64,000 nt of DNA from Candidatus Krumholzibacteriota bacterium (GTDB taxonomy: Bacteria; Krumholzibacteriota; Krumholzibacteriia; JAJRXK01), in NCBI GenBank assembly GCA_963764625.1, contig CAVXTH010000009.1, positions 512,001-576,000 of the forward strand, written 5' to 3'. The translations under genes were made by a program, and so were the position numbers. Shown here piece after piece: positions 1 through 10,868 of this stretch (position 1 is its first letter; every line of letters starts with the position of its first letter). The notes beneath the pieces are model-generated. The model searched no databases. It was not told where the DNA came from and saw only the letters and a list, made by a program, of their open reading frames with translations.

Positions 1-365
1 TTTTCGAAGTATTGGTCCCCAACGACACTACCACCGGTAGACCACAAGCCAGTGACCGAACCCAGCAAAACTTCGAAGTACCCCTCGTCGTAGAGTGGCC
101 CACCGAAGTCGGCATCCGGAGCTGCCATGATGATGTCGCTGAATCCGTCACCATTGACATCACCGGCGGTCGCGACCGCTTTGCCAAAGTGTGCGTCGTT
201 TTGGGTGAGACCGTAGTATGGACCGCTGTAATTCGGCAGGCAAGCAAGCTGGGCCAAAGCGGAGGAGTGCACGCAGACCGAGGTGATGGCAAGTGCAATG
301 AGAATCAGAGGAACTCGCGAGCGGCTACCGGAGGTTGGGACCACGGACGCCAGGGTCGCACTCAT
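1..365 (-). CDS. Secreted FG-GAP (integrin alpha-like beta-propeller) repeat protein, 5' part; runs off the window edge
   Basis: Not in the ORF track because no stop lies in the window. Minus-strand translation from ATG 365 (RBS GGGAG): MSATLAS...PLILIALAITSVCVHSSALAQ (signal peptide) then HFGKAVATAGDVNGDGFSDIIMAAPDAD, a typical FG-GAP repeat. Confidence 0.85.
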   Translation of the reverse strand, partial: MSATLASVVPTSGSRSRVPLILIALAITSVCVHSSALAQLACLPNYSGPYYGLTQNDAHFGKAVATAGDVNGDGFSDIIMAAPDADFGGPLYDEGYFEVLLGSVTGLWSTGGSVVGDQYFE

Positions 366-429
366 GAGAGTACTCCCTTCGGGGGGGAGGGAAGGATCGT
401 TGAATTGATCGTACGCGAATTCGACAGCC

Positions 430-516
430 CACTTCCACCCGAAACGGATAGTGGATTGTATACGGCGCTTTGGACGCAGAGCGAGCAACGACCTTCGAAA
501 CGGGTGCTCTTTGCGC
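430..516. repeat. Copy A of a diverged direct repeat with hairpin (partner at 3195-3302)
   Basis: 444-516 aligns without gaps to 3230-3302 at 56/73 identities (hand count). Both copies are preceded by CACTTCCA. Confidence 0.8.
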
Positions 517-571
517 TGTGTTCTCGGTGCGATGATCACCATGAGGATTGATCGTCGATCCGCGACTCACC

Positions 572-1003
572 CTACCGCAACTCTGTTCGCCCGACATGCG
601 CCCACCTGAGCGGCTTCCACCTATCCTCGTGCGGGTCGTTGCCGCCGATCCGTGCCAGGTGTCTGAGAATCCGGTCCACCACGGCTGCTTCGTCGATCAC
701 CGACACGATCTTCATGGTTCCCCCGCACTGCGGGCAGAGCATGGGGTCCACCTCGAAGATCCTGTGCAGCAGGCGTGCCCAGCTGCGGCTGCGCGCAGTG
801 GACGGTGCCCTGGCGATCGTCGCGTCCTGGGGGTTGGCTCTTGCCCCTCGGGCCCGGTGCGAGTACCAGCCGTAGTATCTGACCAAATGCTGGCGCGGTG
901 CGGGGATCTGGGCGCACAGACGGCGGATCCTGCATGGATAGGGGAGGCCAGAGAGCATGGCAACACAACCCTTGTCGAGGTGGCACGGGCTCTTCAGGTG
1001 CAT
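572..1003 (-). mobile_element. IS91/ISCR-family (HUH Y2) transposase, C-terminal remnant
   Basis: QIPAPRQHLVRYYGWYS...WARLLHRIFEVDPMLCPQCGGTMKIV matches the IS91-type C-terminus (RYYG and CPxCGG motifs). Homology starts at about nt 920; the N-terminal Zn-binding and HUH regions are absent. Confidence 0.85.
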
Positions 1004-1130
1004 GTGATTTCGCGTAGACTTGGGCCGGCGATCAAGTTTGTTGAACTCGCGCCGTTACTCGTCCGTCGGAAGCCTGGGCGGCATCGTATAGTCGCGCCGT
1101 CGCCCCCTTGAAAAACTTCATCGAAGCCCA

Positions 1131-1158
1131 TTGCACACTCATCTGTTTGTACTATATT
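1131..1158 (+). promoter_or_regulatory. sigma70-like promoter of the HNH gene
   Basis: TTGCAC-N16-TATATT in a locally AT-rich patch, 47 nt before a GTG with a GGAG RBS. Confidence 0.5.
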
Positions 1159-1204
1159 GCATCTACGCACCGCCACCTTTGCCACCCAATTTCTGGAGAG
1201 CGGC

Positions 1205-3193
1205 GTGTCCTACCGCGAGCGGCAACGAACTACGAATCAGCTGTCTTCTCCCCGAAGTCCGCGGCTGCTCCCGTCGCCCTCCGAGCAGGAGATACAGAGT
1301 TTTCACTCGTTATGCGCAAGCTCTGGGTCGGCTGTGACTCGCTCTCGCGCGACCGCCGGCACTTCGGCGAAGCTAGGCTCCCCGGCGTCCTCTGGCTCCC
1401 GCGCGACTGCAGTCTCTTGCGACAAGCTGCGCGACACCTTCGCCGCCTATCGCGCCGCCGACTCGCGGCTCCTACTCCGCCTCTGTCTGGCAAGTGCCTA
1501 TTTCATCGCGCTGCGGGGGCCGCGCTGGATGGCCCATTCGCAACGTGATTACGCCAACGCGTTGCTCGGCGTTTCCCCCTCGACCCTCTTGGAGTGGGTT
1601 CGAGTAGGTCGCCTGCTCTGTCAGCAGCCGCATCTGCGGGCCGAGTTTCGCGAAGGGCATACTTCCCTTCGTGCGCTCGACGCCCTCGCGCGGCATGGGT
1701 TTAAGGAGCAAGATGCTAAGGGCAGCGGGGAGGACCACGCTCCGGGCGCATCCGCCCACCGCGCAGACAAACAAGAACGGAAGGGGACCAACTCCGAACC
1801 GGCAACCACCGGCAGTGCGGGAGGGGACGAGTCCGGCGAGTTCACCAACATCTCCTTTTCCGCACCCGCGCCCGCCGTCCTCTATCTCGAGGACTCCCTC
1901 GAGCTCGCCCGTGCAATTGTGGGACGCTGCCAGGGCGACGAAGAAGCCATCAGCGCCCTCCTCGCCGAGGCCGGCGGCGAAGGCGAATCAACCGTTGATG
2001 CGGCGCGGGCACGGCGCCGTTTCGGGGTTCGGGACGGGCGCACGCACACTCCCCGTTCACGGGAACAGTCCGCGCGTTTGGAACGCACCGCGCGAACCCT
2101 CCCCCATCCGCGCCTTCCCGTCCTGGGAGAGATTGCCCAACGTCGCTACGCCTTCCGTCTGCACGCCCTCTTGCAGCGTCTTTTGGCGCGACGCAATCGC
2201 CTGCGCCTCCGCCAAGAAGATCAGCTCTATGAATGGATGCTCGACGGTCTACACGAGCGCTACGGGTACTCCAACTTCGAGCGCTTCGCGCGCGCGCTTC
2301 TCGATCTGCCGCAGTCGACCTGCACCGATCGCCTGCGTCGCGCGCGCGAGAGGCGGAGAAAACACCCCATCGCCCTCGCCCGCGCCCGGGGCAAACTTTC
2401 CACCGTGCAGGCCGACCTCCTGGCGCTCCTGCATCGGCGTTGCCACGTTCCCGTCTCTGACCTATGGAAGTGGATCCGCTACGCACTTCGCCATACCGTG
2501 CGCGGCCTGCGCGCCGCCATGGCCTGGGCGCGCCGACAGCTCCTCACCGACTATCGCGCGTGGTCTCTGGCCGGTTGCGCTCCTCCGGATGAGGACCAAC
2601 TCCGAACCGGCAACCACTCTTTGGAAGTACTCGTGCGGAATCCGGAGCATGCGCAAGGGGCCACTCTCCACGAGGCGCTCTTGGCCTGGAATGACGCCCC
2701 CCGGGGCACCGCTCGCTTTCGCCTCAGTCTTCAGACCCGCGACGAGCTCCTGATGCAGCTCGCCAGCGAACAGGATCGCGTGCGAGCCCAGGCCGAAGTT
2801 CCCGCGCCGCGACGGATCCCGGCGTGGCTCGCGTTGTGTCGCCTCTTTTATCGCGCACGCAAGGTGTGGGCGGACCATCACCAGTCGATCCCGGCTTCCC
2901 AACGGCGCATTCTCGATCGCGATGGTTGGCGTTGCGCCACTCCGGAGTGTACGCAGCGCCGCAACCTCCAGGTCCATCACCTGCAGTACCGGGCGCGAGG
3001 GGGCGACGATCGCGACTCCAACCGCATCACACTCTGCGCGTTCCACCACCAGATCGGCGAGCACCAGGGGCTCTTGCGCGTACGCGGCGAAGTTGGGACC
3101 GACGGGAAAGGGCTCACCTGGGAGATGGGCCTCGATGAGCACGGGCGCCCCTTCAGGGTTTACCGCGACGAGAGACTTATGGCGTCAACGTGA
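1205..3193 (+). CDS. Large HNH endonuclease with two N-terminal helical repeats (DUF222-like architecture)
   Basis: C-terminal RDGWRCATPEC...LQVHHLQYRARGGDDRDSNRITLCAFHH is a Zn-binding HNH domain. Start chosen at GTG 1205 (RBS GGAG) rather than TTG 1157, which overlaps the -10. Confidence 0.85.
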   Translation: MSYRERQRTTNQLSSPRSPRLLPSPSEQEIQSFHSLCASSGSAVTRSRATAGTSAKLGSPASSGSRATAVSCDKLRDTFAAYRAADSRLLLRLCLASAYFIALRGPRWMAHSQRDYANALLGVSPSTLLEWVRVGRLLCQQPHLRAEFREGHTSLRALDALARHGFKEQDAKGSGEDHAPGASAHRADKQERKGTNSEPATTGSAGGDESGEFTNISFSAPAPAVLYLEDSLELARAIVGRCQGDEEAISALLAEAGGEGESTVDAARARRRFGVRDGRTHTPRSREQSARLERTARTLPHPRLPVLGEIAQRRYAFRLHALLQRLLARRNRLRLRQEDQLYEWMLDGLHERYGYSNFERFARALLDLPQSTCTDRLRRARERRRKHPIALARARGKLSTVQADLLALLHRRCHVPVSDLWKWIRYALRHTVRGLRAAMAWARRQLLTDYRAWSLAGCAPPDEDQLRTGNHSLEVLVRNPEHAQGATLHEALLAWNDAPRGTARFRLSLQTRDELLMQLASEQDRVRAQAEVPAPRRIPAWLALCRLFYRARKVWADHHQSIPASQRRILDRDGWRCATPECTQRRNLQVHHLQYRARGGDDRDSNRITLCAFHHQIGEHQGLLRVRGEVGTDGKGLTWEMGLDEHGRPFRVYRDERLMAST

Positions 3194-3194
3194 A

Positions 3195-3302
3195 CACTTC
3201 CAGGAGGGACAGTGACGGACAACGGACAGACGGAGAGTGAATTGTATAGGGCGCCTTGGCCGAAACGCGAGGGCGGACCTTCGAGACGGGTCCCCCTTGA
3301 GC
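3195..3302. repeat. Copy B of the diverged direct repeat with hairpin
   Basis: See copy A. Begins 2 nt after the HNH stop and carries an insert with short ACGGA repeats. Confidence 0.8.
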
Positions 3303-3331
3303 GCCGACCCAGGTACTCGCGTCGGCAGGGA

Positions 3332-4963
<1,632 letters not shown>

Positions 4964-5043
4964 GGTCTCTCTCCTCGAAATTTCGCTGCGGTGGTGGGCG
5001 GGCGACGCCCGCGCGCGACGCCCTTCACCCTCGTGCCGGGAAG

Positions 5044-5868
5044 CTAGTCAATTCCCATCAGGAATCCCAAGAGCAGAGTCAGATTGGGGGCGCCGTCGTC
5101 GAAGCCGAATCCCAGCGAAGCGCGGAGGTGGTTGCTTCCGCTCACGAGGTAGTCCAGGCCCCCGTTGATGAGACCGTACTGGCTGGCGCTGCCCCAGTTG
5201 AACTCCCCGATTGCGCTGAGATCCCGCGAGAGGGGATAAATGGCACCGCCGCCGAAGTGGATGCCGGTATCCCGGTTGTCGCCGCTGAATTCCACGCTCT
5301 CGATTCCCGCATTGGCCAAAAGGACCCAGCCCGAATCGAGGTGGTAGCGCATCGCGCCGAAGAGATCGACGTTGAAATTGCCCGCCCCGACCTCTTTCTT
5401 GCCCACCGGGAGGTCGACCCAGGCCCCCAGGGCGACCTGCGGGTTCTTGGCCTGCACCCTGTACCGGGCGTAGCCGCGCAGATCGGAGAGTCCGGATTCA
5501 CTTCCCCCGCCATGGTCCGCGCTGAGATGGTCGAGGCTCCAGCGCACTCCGGTCTCGAGATCGGGAGCGGCCTTGAAACCAGCTTGTCCCCCCAAATTCC
5601 AGCCGCTGCCGCCATCGTAGTCGTTGAGCGCGAAGAAGGGTTCGACCACCAAATTCGGCACGATGACCGCGTCCTCGATCCACCTCGTGAAGGGTCGGAC
5701 GTCTTCGCTGCGCCCTTGATAACTCAGCTTGGACTCGTTGCGCGGAGCTACCGTCGCGGAGCTTTTGTTGTCGCCCGTCGTGCTCTTTCCGGTCCCCTGA
5801 GCATGGGCGATCACGGCCGAGCTCAAAAGGAGAGCGACGAGCGCTACGAAAAAGATGGTGCGTCGCAT
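5044..5868 (-). CDS. Outer-membrane beta-barrel protein (transporter/porin-like)
   Basis: Signal peptide (AHA), GLSDL..Y..Y and 'VDLPVG' motifs of MetA-pathway-type barrels, amphipathic strands. Alternative start TTG 5874. Confidence 0.65.
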   Translation of the reverse strand: MRRTIFFVALVALLLSSAVIAHAQGTGKSTTGDNKSSATVAPRNESKLSYQGRSEDVRPFTRWIEDAVIVPNLVVEPFFALNDYDGGSGWNLGGQAGFKAAPDLETGVRWSLDHLSADHGGGSESGLSDLRGYARYRVQAKNPQVALGAWVDLPVGKKEVGAGNFNVDLFGAMRYHLDSGWVLLANAGIESVEFSGDNRDTGIHFGGGAIYPLSRDLSAIGEFNWGSASQYGLINGGLDYLVSGSNHLRASLGFGFDDGAPNLTLLLGFLMGID

Positions 5869-6079
5869 GGTCAAGCTTCCTCCTGAAAATGAGTCGCTGT
5901 CGGCTGCAGCGTAACGCAGTGGCCGAGCTTGGAAACCCTTGGAAACTCAAATTCCTCAGGATCTGGGCAGGCTACGCGAAGGCCAGAAATCTCGCAAGAA
6001 ACTTGCTGAGAAGCGGAGCTTGCGGTGCCCAGCGATTTACCAGAGAGTGAATCCGTGGCACGCCGGCGCAAAGGAACGA

Positions 6080-6514
6080 ATGGACAAGTTCATCCGCATC
6101 ACTCCATCGCTGACCATTCTCGCCACCGAACTGCGCTTTCGGACTTCACGGAGCTCGGGACCGGGAGGGCAGCACGTCAACACCACCGATTCGCGGGTGG
6201 AGCTCTTGTTCGACGTGGCGGAGAGCGCGAGTCTGGGTCCCAGGCAACGGGCCCGATTGCGCGAGAAGCTGGACTCGCGCCTCGACGGACGCGGAGTGTT
6301 GCATCTAAGCTCTTCGGTGCACCGCAGCCAGGCTGCGAACCGGCGCGAGGTGTTGCAGCGATTTCAGCAGCTGCTCGCGGAGGCGTTGCGGCGGCCGCGT
6401 CTCCGTAAACCCACCGCGCCCACCGCGGCCAGTCGCCGTAGGCGAAAAGAAGCCAAACAGCGCCACGCGCAACGCAAACGCCAGCGTCGCGCGGTCGACC
6501 CCGATCGGGAGTGA
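6080..6514 (+). CDS. arfB: Alternative ribosome rescue factor (peptidyl-tRNA hydrolase)
   Basis: SSGPGGQHVN GGQ motif, RSQxxN and a basic C-terminal tail. Confidence 0.93.
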   Translation: MDKFIRITPSLTILATELRFRTSRSSGPGGQHVNTTDSRVELLFDVAESASLGPRQRARLREKLDSRLDGRGVLHLSSSVHRSQAANRREVLQRFQQLLAEALRRPRLRKPTAPTAASRRRRKEAKQRHAQRKRQRRAVDPDRE

Positions 6515-6516
6515 GA

Positions 6517-7479
6517 ATGTCCGCCGACCGAGCCCTTCTCCTGGCCCAGCTGGGTACGCCCGATGCGGCTACGGCCGGAGCGGTGCGCCGCTACCTGGCG
6601 GAGTTTCTCAGCGATGAGCGCGTGGTCGACTATCCGCGCTGGCTCTGGTGGCCACTCTTGCACGGGATCATCCTGCGCGTACGCCCGAAAAAGAGCGCCG
6701 CGATGTACCGCCGCGTCTGGATGCAGGAAGGCTCGCCGCTGCTGGTCTACAGCCGCCGCCTGGAGAGTGCGCTCGCCGCGGAGTTGGGGCCCGGTTGGAA
6801 GGTGGCTCTGGGGATGCGCTACGGAAACCCCGGCCTGAGAGAAGCGCTGGAGGAGCTGAAGAGCCGGGGCTTCGCCAAGCTCGTCGTTTTGCCCCTCTTT
6901 CCCCAGTATTCACGCTCGACCTGCGAGAGCGTGTACGACGCGCTGCACGCACTCTGGCCCGAGCGAGGCGACGAGGTGGTGGAAATCCGCGGCTTCGCGG
7001 AAGATGACAGCTACCTGGACGCTTTGGCCCAGAGCGCCCGCGAGGCCGAAGCGAAGTGGGGGCCCCCGCAGCACTGGCTTCTGAGCTTCCATGGTCTTCC
7101 GCGCCGCTACCTGAAGCAGGGGGATCCCTACGCGAGGCAGTGCGAGGCCACCGCGCGCCAGCTGGCGCAGAGAATGGGCTGGCCGGCGAGCCGGTGGGAA
7201 ATTTGCTACCAGAGCCGTTTCGGGCCCGAGCCATGGATCACGCCCAACACCCAGGAGCGTCTCCGAGAGCTGGGGAAGGCCCATATGGAGAGTCTCTACG
7301 TGATGACGCCCAGTTTCACCAGCGACTGTCTGGAGACCCTGGACGAAATCGGGGAGCTGGGAAAGGAGCTCTTCCGCGAGGCCGGTGGGGGAGAGCTGAG
7401 GCTGGTGCCCTGCCTGAACGACCATCCCGCCTTCGTGCGAAGTCTGGCGGGCCTCGTCCGGCGGTCCGTGCTAGACTGA
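6517..7479 (+). CDS. hemH: Ferrochelatase
   Basis: LGTP, FLSDERV, MRYGNP, PLFPQYS, SFHGLP, QSRFG, FTSDCLETLDEI, CLNDHP. Confidence 0.95.
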   Translation: MSADRALLLAQLGTPDAATAGAVRRYLAEFLSDERVVDYPRWLWWPLLHGIILRVRPKKSAAMYRRVWMQEGSPLLVYSRRLESALAAELGPGWKVALGMRYGNPGLREALEELKSRGFAKLVVLPLFPQYSRSTCESVYDALHALWPERGDEVVEIRGFAEDDSYLDALAQSAREAEAKWGPPQHWLLSFHGLPRRYLKQGDPYARQCEATARQLAQRMGWPASRWEICYQSRFGPEPWITPNTQERLRELGKAHMESLYVMTPSFTSDCLETLDEIGELGKELFREAGGGELRLVPCLNDHPAFVRSLAGLVRRSVLD

Positions 7480-7564
7480 AAAGTGAGGAGTGGAACTCTG
7501 AGGCGCGTGACGGCGTAGATCAAACGCTGGTACGGCTTCGACGCTTCCTGAGGAGACTGACCAG

Positions 7565-8866
7565 ATGGCTCGCACCATCTCGATCGTTCCCAAGGCCTCC
7601 GATCGCCAGGCTACCGAGGGCGATCATCCCGATTATTCAGCTCATCCTCTTCTCGATCCGCGTTTCTTTCAACGCGACCGCAACGCGATGCGTCAGTACG
7701 TGCGTCTGTTGCGTGAGAACATGAGCAATCCCTGGCGCTACCAGAGTCTTTTGAATCGATTACTGCATCCGGTCAGCGAACAGCATCCGCTGGAGGTGAA
7801 CGAGAGAATCATCTCCTCCTACCTCCACGACGCCAGCGCCTATCTGGCGCAGCTCGTTCGGCTTCTGCCCGAGGAGGAGAGAAAGCACTTTTCCTGCGAC
7901 GAGAGAATCGCCACCTGTAACGACTTTCACCAGCTGGTGGGACACCTCTTTTGCGACCACAGCAGCCGCTGCGCGTTCGAGGCCCGTCGCAAGCTCTATC
8001 TCGCGCGCATGCTCATCCAGATCGATCGTACCCGGCGCATTCAGGAAGGCCCGCGCCACAAGCGCTATTTGCTCTCGATCCTCGAGCGCGAACTCTGGGC
8101 CTACGTGCGCGAATCCGGAGACGTCGAGGTGAGCTACACCTTCGACGAATCCGGGGTGCATCTCAAGGAAGCGCGGGGAAAGGGTTCGGATTGCCACTGG
8201 CATCGTTTCAGCACGCGCCGAGTGGTGCGCGACCTGCCGGGTGGACCTTACGATCTCCCCATCTACCACGTTTCGGTGAGATTCAAGATGGATGGCGCGC
8301 CGGTGGCCGGCATGCGTCAGAAGGACCGCCGCGCCGAGGATTTGCCGCGGCTGGAAAGAATTCGTTCGGCCTCAGTTCTCTCCAAGATGCTGCGCAAACG
8401 CATCAACGATCCGGTCGCCATCACCGATATCTTAGGCCTTCGTTTCATCGTCGAGGATGAGAGGAGCGTCCACCAATTGGCGGATTTCCTCCATCACGTT
8501 CTCGGGGGACCACTGGCCTTCCGCAACCAGGTCGATCTGTTCCGTTTCCCCGAGCAACACCAGGAAATGAACCGCTTCAGCAGCAGCGAATTCAAGGTCT
8601 TCAAGGAGGACGTCGACGTGCTGTACGCACCGGGAAGAGGAGAGGCGATTCAACCGTACATCTTTCCGGTAGAACTGCAGATCCTCACGGTGGAGAGCTA
8701 CCTACGAACTCTCCGACGGCTCGACAACACCAGCCATCGAGCCTACAAGCGCCGACAATTCCTGGAAGGGGTCTTTCCCTATCTCTTCCCGACCGAGATA
8801 TACGGGGCGCCGGGAAATCCGAAGGACTCGCATTCGGGCAAGTCAGGCGAGCGCAAAGCACTCTGA
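7565..8866 (+). CDS. RelA/SpoT-like nucleotidyltransferase-fold protein (TIGR04552/TIGR04562-like)
   Basis: SVLSKMLRK..DPVAITDILGLRFIV and FPVELQILT resemble the RelA/SpoT synthetase motifs. The N-terminal half is unrecognised. Confidence 0.65.
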   Translation: MARTISIVPKASDRQATEGDHPDYSAHPLLDPRFFQRDRNAMRQYVRLLRENMSNPWRYQSLLNRLLHPVSEQHPLEVNERIISSYLHDASAYLAQLVRLLPEEERKHFSCDERIATCNDFHQLVGHLFCDHSSRCAFEARRKLYLARMLIQIDRTRRIQEGPRHKRYLLSILERELWAYVRESGDVEVSYTFDESGVHLKEARGKGSDCHWHRFSTRRVVRDLPGGPYDLPIYHVSVRFKMDGAPVAGMRQKDRRAEDLPRLERIRSASVLSKMLRKRINDPVAITDILGLRFIVEDERSVHQLADFLHHVLGGPLAFRNQVDLFRFPEQHQEMNRFSSSEFKVFKEDVDVLYAPGRGEAIQPYIFPVELQILTVESYLRTLRRLDNTSHRAYKRRQFLEGVFPYLFPTEIYGAPGNPKDSHSGKSGERKAL

Positions 8867-8872
8867 TTTCGC

Positions 8873-9793
8873 TCAGAATTCGCGCTTCTCTTTGGGCACC
8901 CGGGTTTTTGCCGCGACGTAGTGCACGTTCGAGAGCTTCAGTCCCATCGAAATGAGACGGATCTCTTCCTGTTCTTGAAGACTCACCCGTCCGTCGCCCG
9001 CCGCTACCGCGAAGAGGACGTCGAGGAAGGAGATGCGTTCGGCCTCGGTAGTGAGGGAAAAGAATTCACGGAGGCTTCGGTGCAGATCGAGCTCGTCGCC
9101 GGAGTGAACGAGCACCACCTCGCTCACCGCGCACGCGACGCCTTCACTCAGCCCCCAACCATCGCGAAGCGCCTCCACCATCACCGCGCGCTCTCCCTCG
9201 TCTACCCGCCGGTCGACTTCGGCCACGTGAGCCAGGAGTCCGCCGGCCAAACAGAGGCGCTTGAGCTCCCTCTCGTCGAAGTCGTGGCTCATGTCTTCCT
9301 CGGCGATTCGATCGGCGACCTCTCGCAAAATGGTGTGGTTGAGTTCCTCGAGGCGCTTTTGGGGAAGTTCCGCCTGCGCGGCGGCATGCGCGCGGCGCTG
9401 GAGGGGCGAGCGGAAAAAGCTCTTCAGTTCCTGCCATACTGTCGTTTCGTCGTGCTGGATGGCCTGGCGGATCTTTTCCATCGCATCGCGCTCGGGCTCG
9501 CCGAACTCGCCGTCAGTACGCAGGAGCCGGTCGATCGCGTCAAGTACCAGGCAACGGTCCTCTTCGCCATCGATACTCTGGGCCAGGTTCTGGATGAGAC
9601 GCTCACGCTCGCGAGTGTCCACCGGAAACTCCGCGCGGCGTTCGAGTTCGGCCCAGTGTTCCGGCCGAAGCCCGGGAAGGCGGAAGAGCAGGTCCTTGAG
9701 ACTCTGCAACTCTTTGGGGCTCAACTCCCCGTCGGCCCAGGCCGCGGCGACGAGGGCATGCCCCAGGTTCAATACGACTCTTTGCTGCGTCAT
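8873..9793 (-). CDS. Tandem TerB-domain protein
   Basis: AAAWADGELSPKE, DGEFGEPE, VAEVDRRVDEGE and VAAGDGRVSLQEQEEI are repeated TerB A-D-G..E motifs. Confidence 0.85.
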   Translation of the reverse strand: MTQQRVVLNLGHALVAAAWADGELSPKELQSLKDLLFRLPGLRPEHWAELERRAEFPVDTRERERLIQNLAQSIDGEEDRCLVLDAIDRLLRTDGEFGEPERDAMEKIRQAIQHDETTVWQELKSFFRSPLQRRAHAAAQAELPQKRLEELNHTILREVADRIAEEDMSHDFDERELKRLCLAGGLLAHVAEVDRRVDEGERAVMVEALRDGWGLSEGVACAVSEVVLVHSGDELDLHRSLREFFSLTTEAERISFLDVLFAVAAGDGRVSLQEQEEIRLISMGLKLSNVHYVAAKTRVPKEKREF

Positions 9794-9926
9794 CACTGTC
9801 TCCTCACCCTGAATTTCCACTGTCAAACGAAAGGAAGACCAGAGCTGGGTCCGCGATTATAGTGATCACAGGAAGAACTTACTCGGTGCCGGGCAGCACG
9901 CAACTTCCCGAGGTCTCTAAGCTCCA

Positions 9927-10865
9927 GTGCGCTCAAAAGTCACAGTCGCGCTCCTTCTCGCCCTGGTGGCAGGGGTGGCCCTCTCCTATCTGTTGGCCGG
10001 AACGCGCTCTTTCCCTGGGTCTTCGTCGAATCAGGAACGCTCCACCACTCCGTCCTCGAGTCGCGCGTGGAACCATGGGGTCATTCTCTTCGCGCCCAAT
10101 CTCGAGGAGACCGCGTGGGCTCTGGGCTACGGAGACGAAATCCTGGCCACCACCGACTATTGTGTCTGGCCGCCGCAGCTCTTGACCTTGCCCAAAGTGG
10201 GCGGCGCTGTGGATCCGAAGCTCGAGAAGATTCTGAGTTTGAGGCCGGACCTCCTGGTGGTGCAGGGAGAGAGTCGGGTGCTTTCGCGCTTCGCGGACGA
10301 CCACTCCATTCCCCTGGCCCGGGTCGACATGGATCTGGACGTCGAATCCATACTGCGTGGTTTCTGCGTGCTCGATTCCATTCTGGCGCAACGAAAGCGG
10401 CCCGATGGAGATCGACTGCGCGCGAAAGTGGAAGCAGAGCTGGGCCGCATATCCACCCGCGCGGATTCGCTGGCAGATGCATCTCCACGGCCGCTCGTGT
10501 TGTTGTCTCTGGGACACGACCCGGTGAACTTGAGCCGGCTGTGGACGGTGGGAAGCAAGAGCTTTCTGAACGAATTGCTCACGCTGGCGGGAGGGGAGCC
10601 CCTTTACGCCGATTCCCCCCTGGGATACTTCGAACCCAGTTTGGAATCGGTGCTCGCCAAGCCCCCCAACCTGGTTCTCGAACTACGGCCTGGCACAAAG
10701 TGGAGCCAGAAAAAGGAAGACGAGTTGGCGGCGATCTGGCGCAAGGGCGATGTTTTGTGCCCGGTCGTGTTGGTGACTTTCGATGGTCTCTTGATTCCAG
10801 GACCGCGGATCTCCCAGACGGCTCGCGTGTTGCAGGCAGCCCTTTTCAGAGCGCGGGGGAACTGA
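9927..10865 (+). CDS. Helical-backbone ABC substrate-binding protein (BtuF-like)
   Basis: APNLEETAWALG, TDYCVWP, KVGG..DPKLEKILSLRPDL, SFLNELL..AGG, PGPR. Confidence 0.85.
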   Translation: MRSKVTVALLLALVAGVALSYLLAGTRSFPGSSSNQERSTTPSSSRAWNHGVILFAPNLEETAWALGYGDEILATTDYCVWPPQLLTLPKVGGAVDPKLEKILSLRPDLLVVQGESRVLSRFADDHSIPLARVDMDLDVESILRGFCVLDSILAQRKRPDGDRLRAKVEAELGRISTRADSLADASPRPLVLLSLGHDPVNLSRLWTVGSKSFLNELLTLAGGEPLYADSPLGYFEPSLESVLAKPPNLVLELRPGTKWSQKKEDELAAIWRKGDVLCPVVLVTFDGLLIPGPRISQTARVLQAALFRARGN

Positions 10866-10868
10866 AAG

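Noticed and set aside
12-551. 179-aa plus-strand ORF
   Set aside because: Antisense to the FG-GAP gene, which has a clear motif and RBS.
1205-3193. Cas9/IscB-like RNA-guided nuclease
   Set aside because: No RuvC motifs or PLMP N-terminus, the HNH is C-terminal, and there is no array.
6056-6070. TGGCAC sigma54-like motif before arfB (similar hits at ~981 and ~50436)
   Set aside because: The -12 GC is mis-spaced or absent.
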